A DNA stretch of 64,000 nt from Candidatus Latescibacterota bacterium (lineage in GTDB: Bacteria; Latescibacterota; UBA2968; SICM01): NCBI GenBank assembly GCA_965217865.1, contig CBDCJO010000002.1, positions 3,904,001-3,968,000 on the forward strand. Reading direction: 5' to 3'. This document shows, one piece after another, positions 63,611-64,000 of this stretch. The position numbers and the translations under genes are program-made. Numbering within the stretch: the first letter of the stretch is position 1; every line of letters starts with the position of its first letter. The notes under the pieces are model-generated. The model did not search any database, was not told where the DNA came from, and saw nothing but the letters and a program-made list of their open reading frames with translations.

Positions 63611-64000
63611 TCAGGAAAGGAAGATATTTCCCGACATGATATCTTCGATCTCCTGCCTGTGATCCGGTTCGCGATTCTTCAGGTCCTCTATCTGTGAATT
63701 CGTATGATTAATTTTTTGGGAGAGAATCCTGATGACATTTCGAAGCACTCTCACGCAGATTTCCCGGTGCTTGACGAATAGTTCCCTCACTGTATCCCTG
63801 CGGATCTGGAATACGATCACACCATCGGTGGTGAGGACATCCGCGGACCTTGGTTCGCCGGTGAACAAACCCATTTCACCCACGACGCCGACTGGAGATA
63901 TCCGAGCGACTTCAAACCCTCCGCTTGTGCAAACTGCGAGGTTTCCCTCGAGGAGAATGAACATTTCGGTGCTGGCTGATCCGGCCTCGCAGATGGTCAC
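63611..64000 (-). CDS. Cyclic nucleotide-binding domain protein (5' end outside window)
   Basis: GVVGEMGLFTGEPRSADV. Confidence 0.85.
   Translation of the reverse strand: MTICEAGSASTEMFILLEGNLAVCTSGGFEVARISPVGVVGEMGLFTGEPRSADVLTTDGVIVFQIRRDTVRELFVKHREICVRVLRNVIRILSQKINHTNSQIEDLKNREPDHRQEIEDIMSGNIFLS

Overview
Bacterial chromosomal window, GC-rich with AT-rich intergenic stretches. The gene content (DUF6785-like membrane protein, TonB/ExbBDD, many TPR and cNMP proteins) is reminiscent of uncultured FCB-type lineages such as Latescibacterota; this is inference only. Housekeeping content: TPR-exbB-exbD-exbD-tonB-tatA, trmJ-type methylase, queuosine-salvage hydrolase, ytfI/ytfJ-like pair, a nuoA-C-D-H-J-K operon lacking nuoB/I/L/M/N, pyrB, xth, a short metE-like gene, a cold-shock gene, tRNA-Met(CAT) and tRNA-Pro(TGG). 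There is also a signalling block: hybrid kinase, ammonium-transporter/kinase fusion, response regulator and FapA. The ORF track misses several things. (1) A 547-aa UxxC selenoprotein is split at an in-frame TGA followed by a SECIS-like hairpin. (2) Two near-identical IS1182-type elements both sit at the terminal inverted repeat of a diverged ~190-bp MITE, suggesting MITE-end targeting. (3) There are two further MITEs and an IS1595 element carrying passenger genes. (4) Two adjacent unrelated genes share a palindrome + sigma54 promoter + conserved 3' hairpin architecture. (5) A structured ~210-nt leader lies upstream of the metE-like gene. Many genes carry frameshifts or internal deletions, so assembly error must be excluded before gene loss is interpreted.
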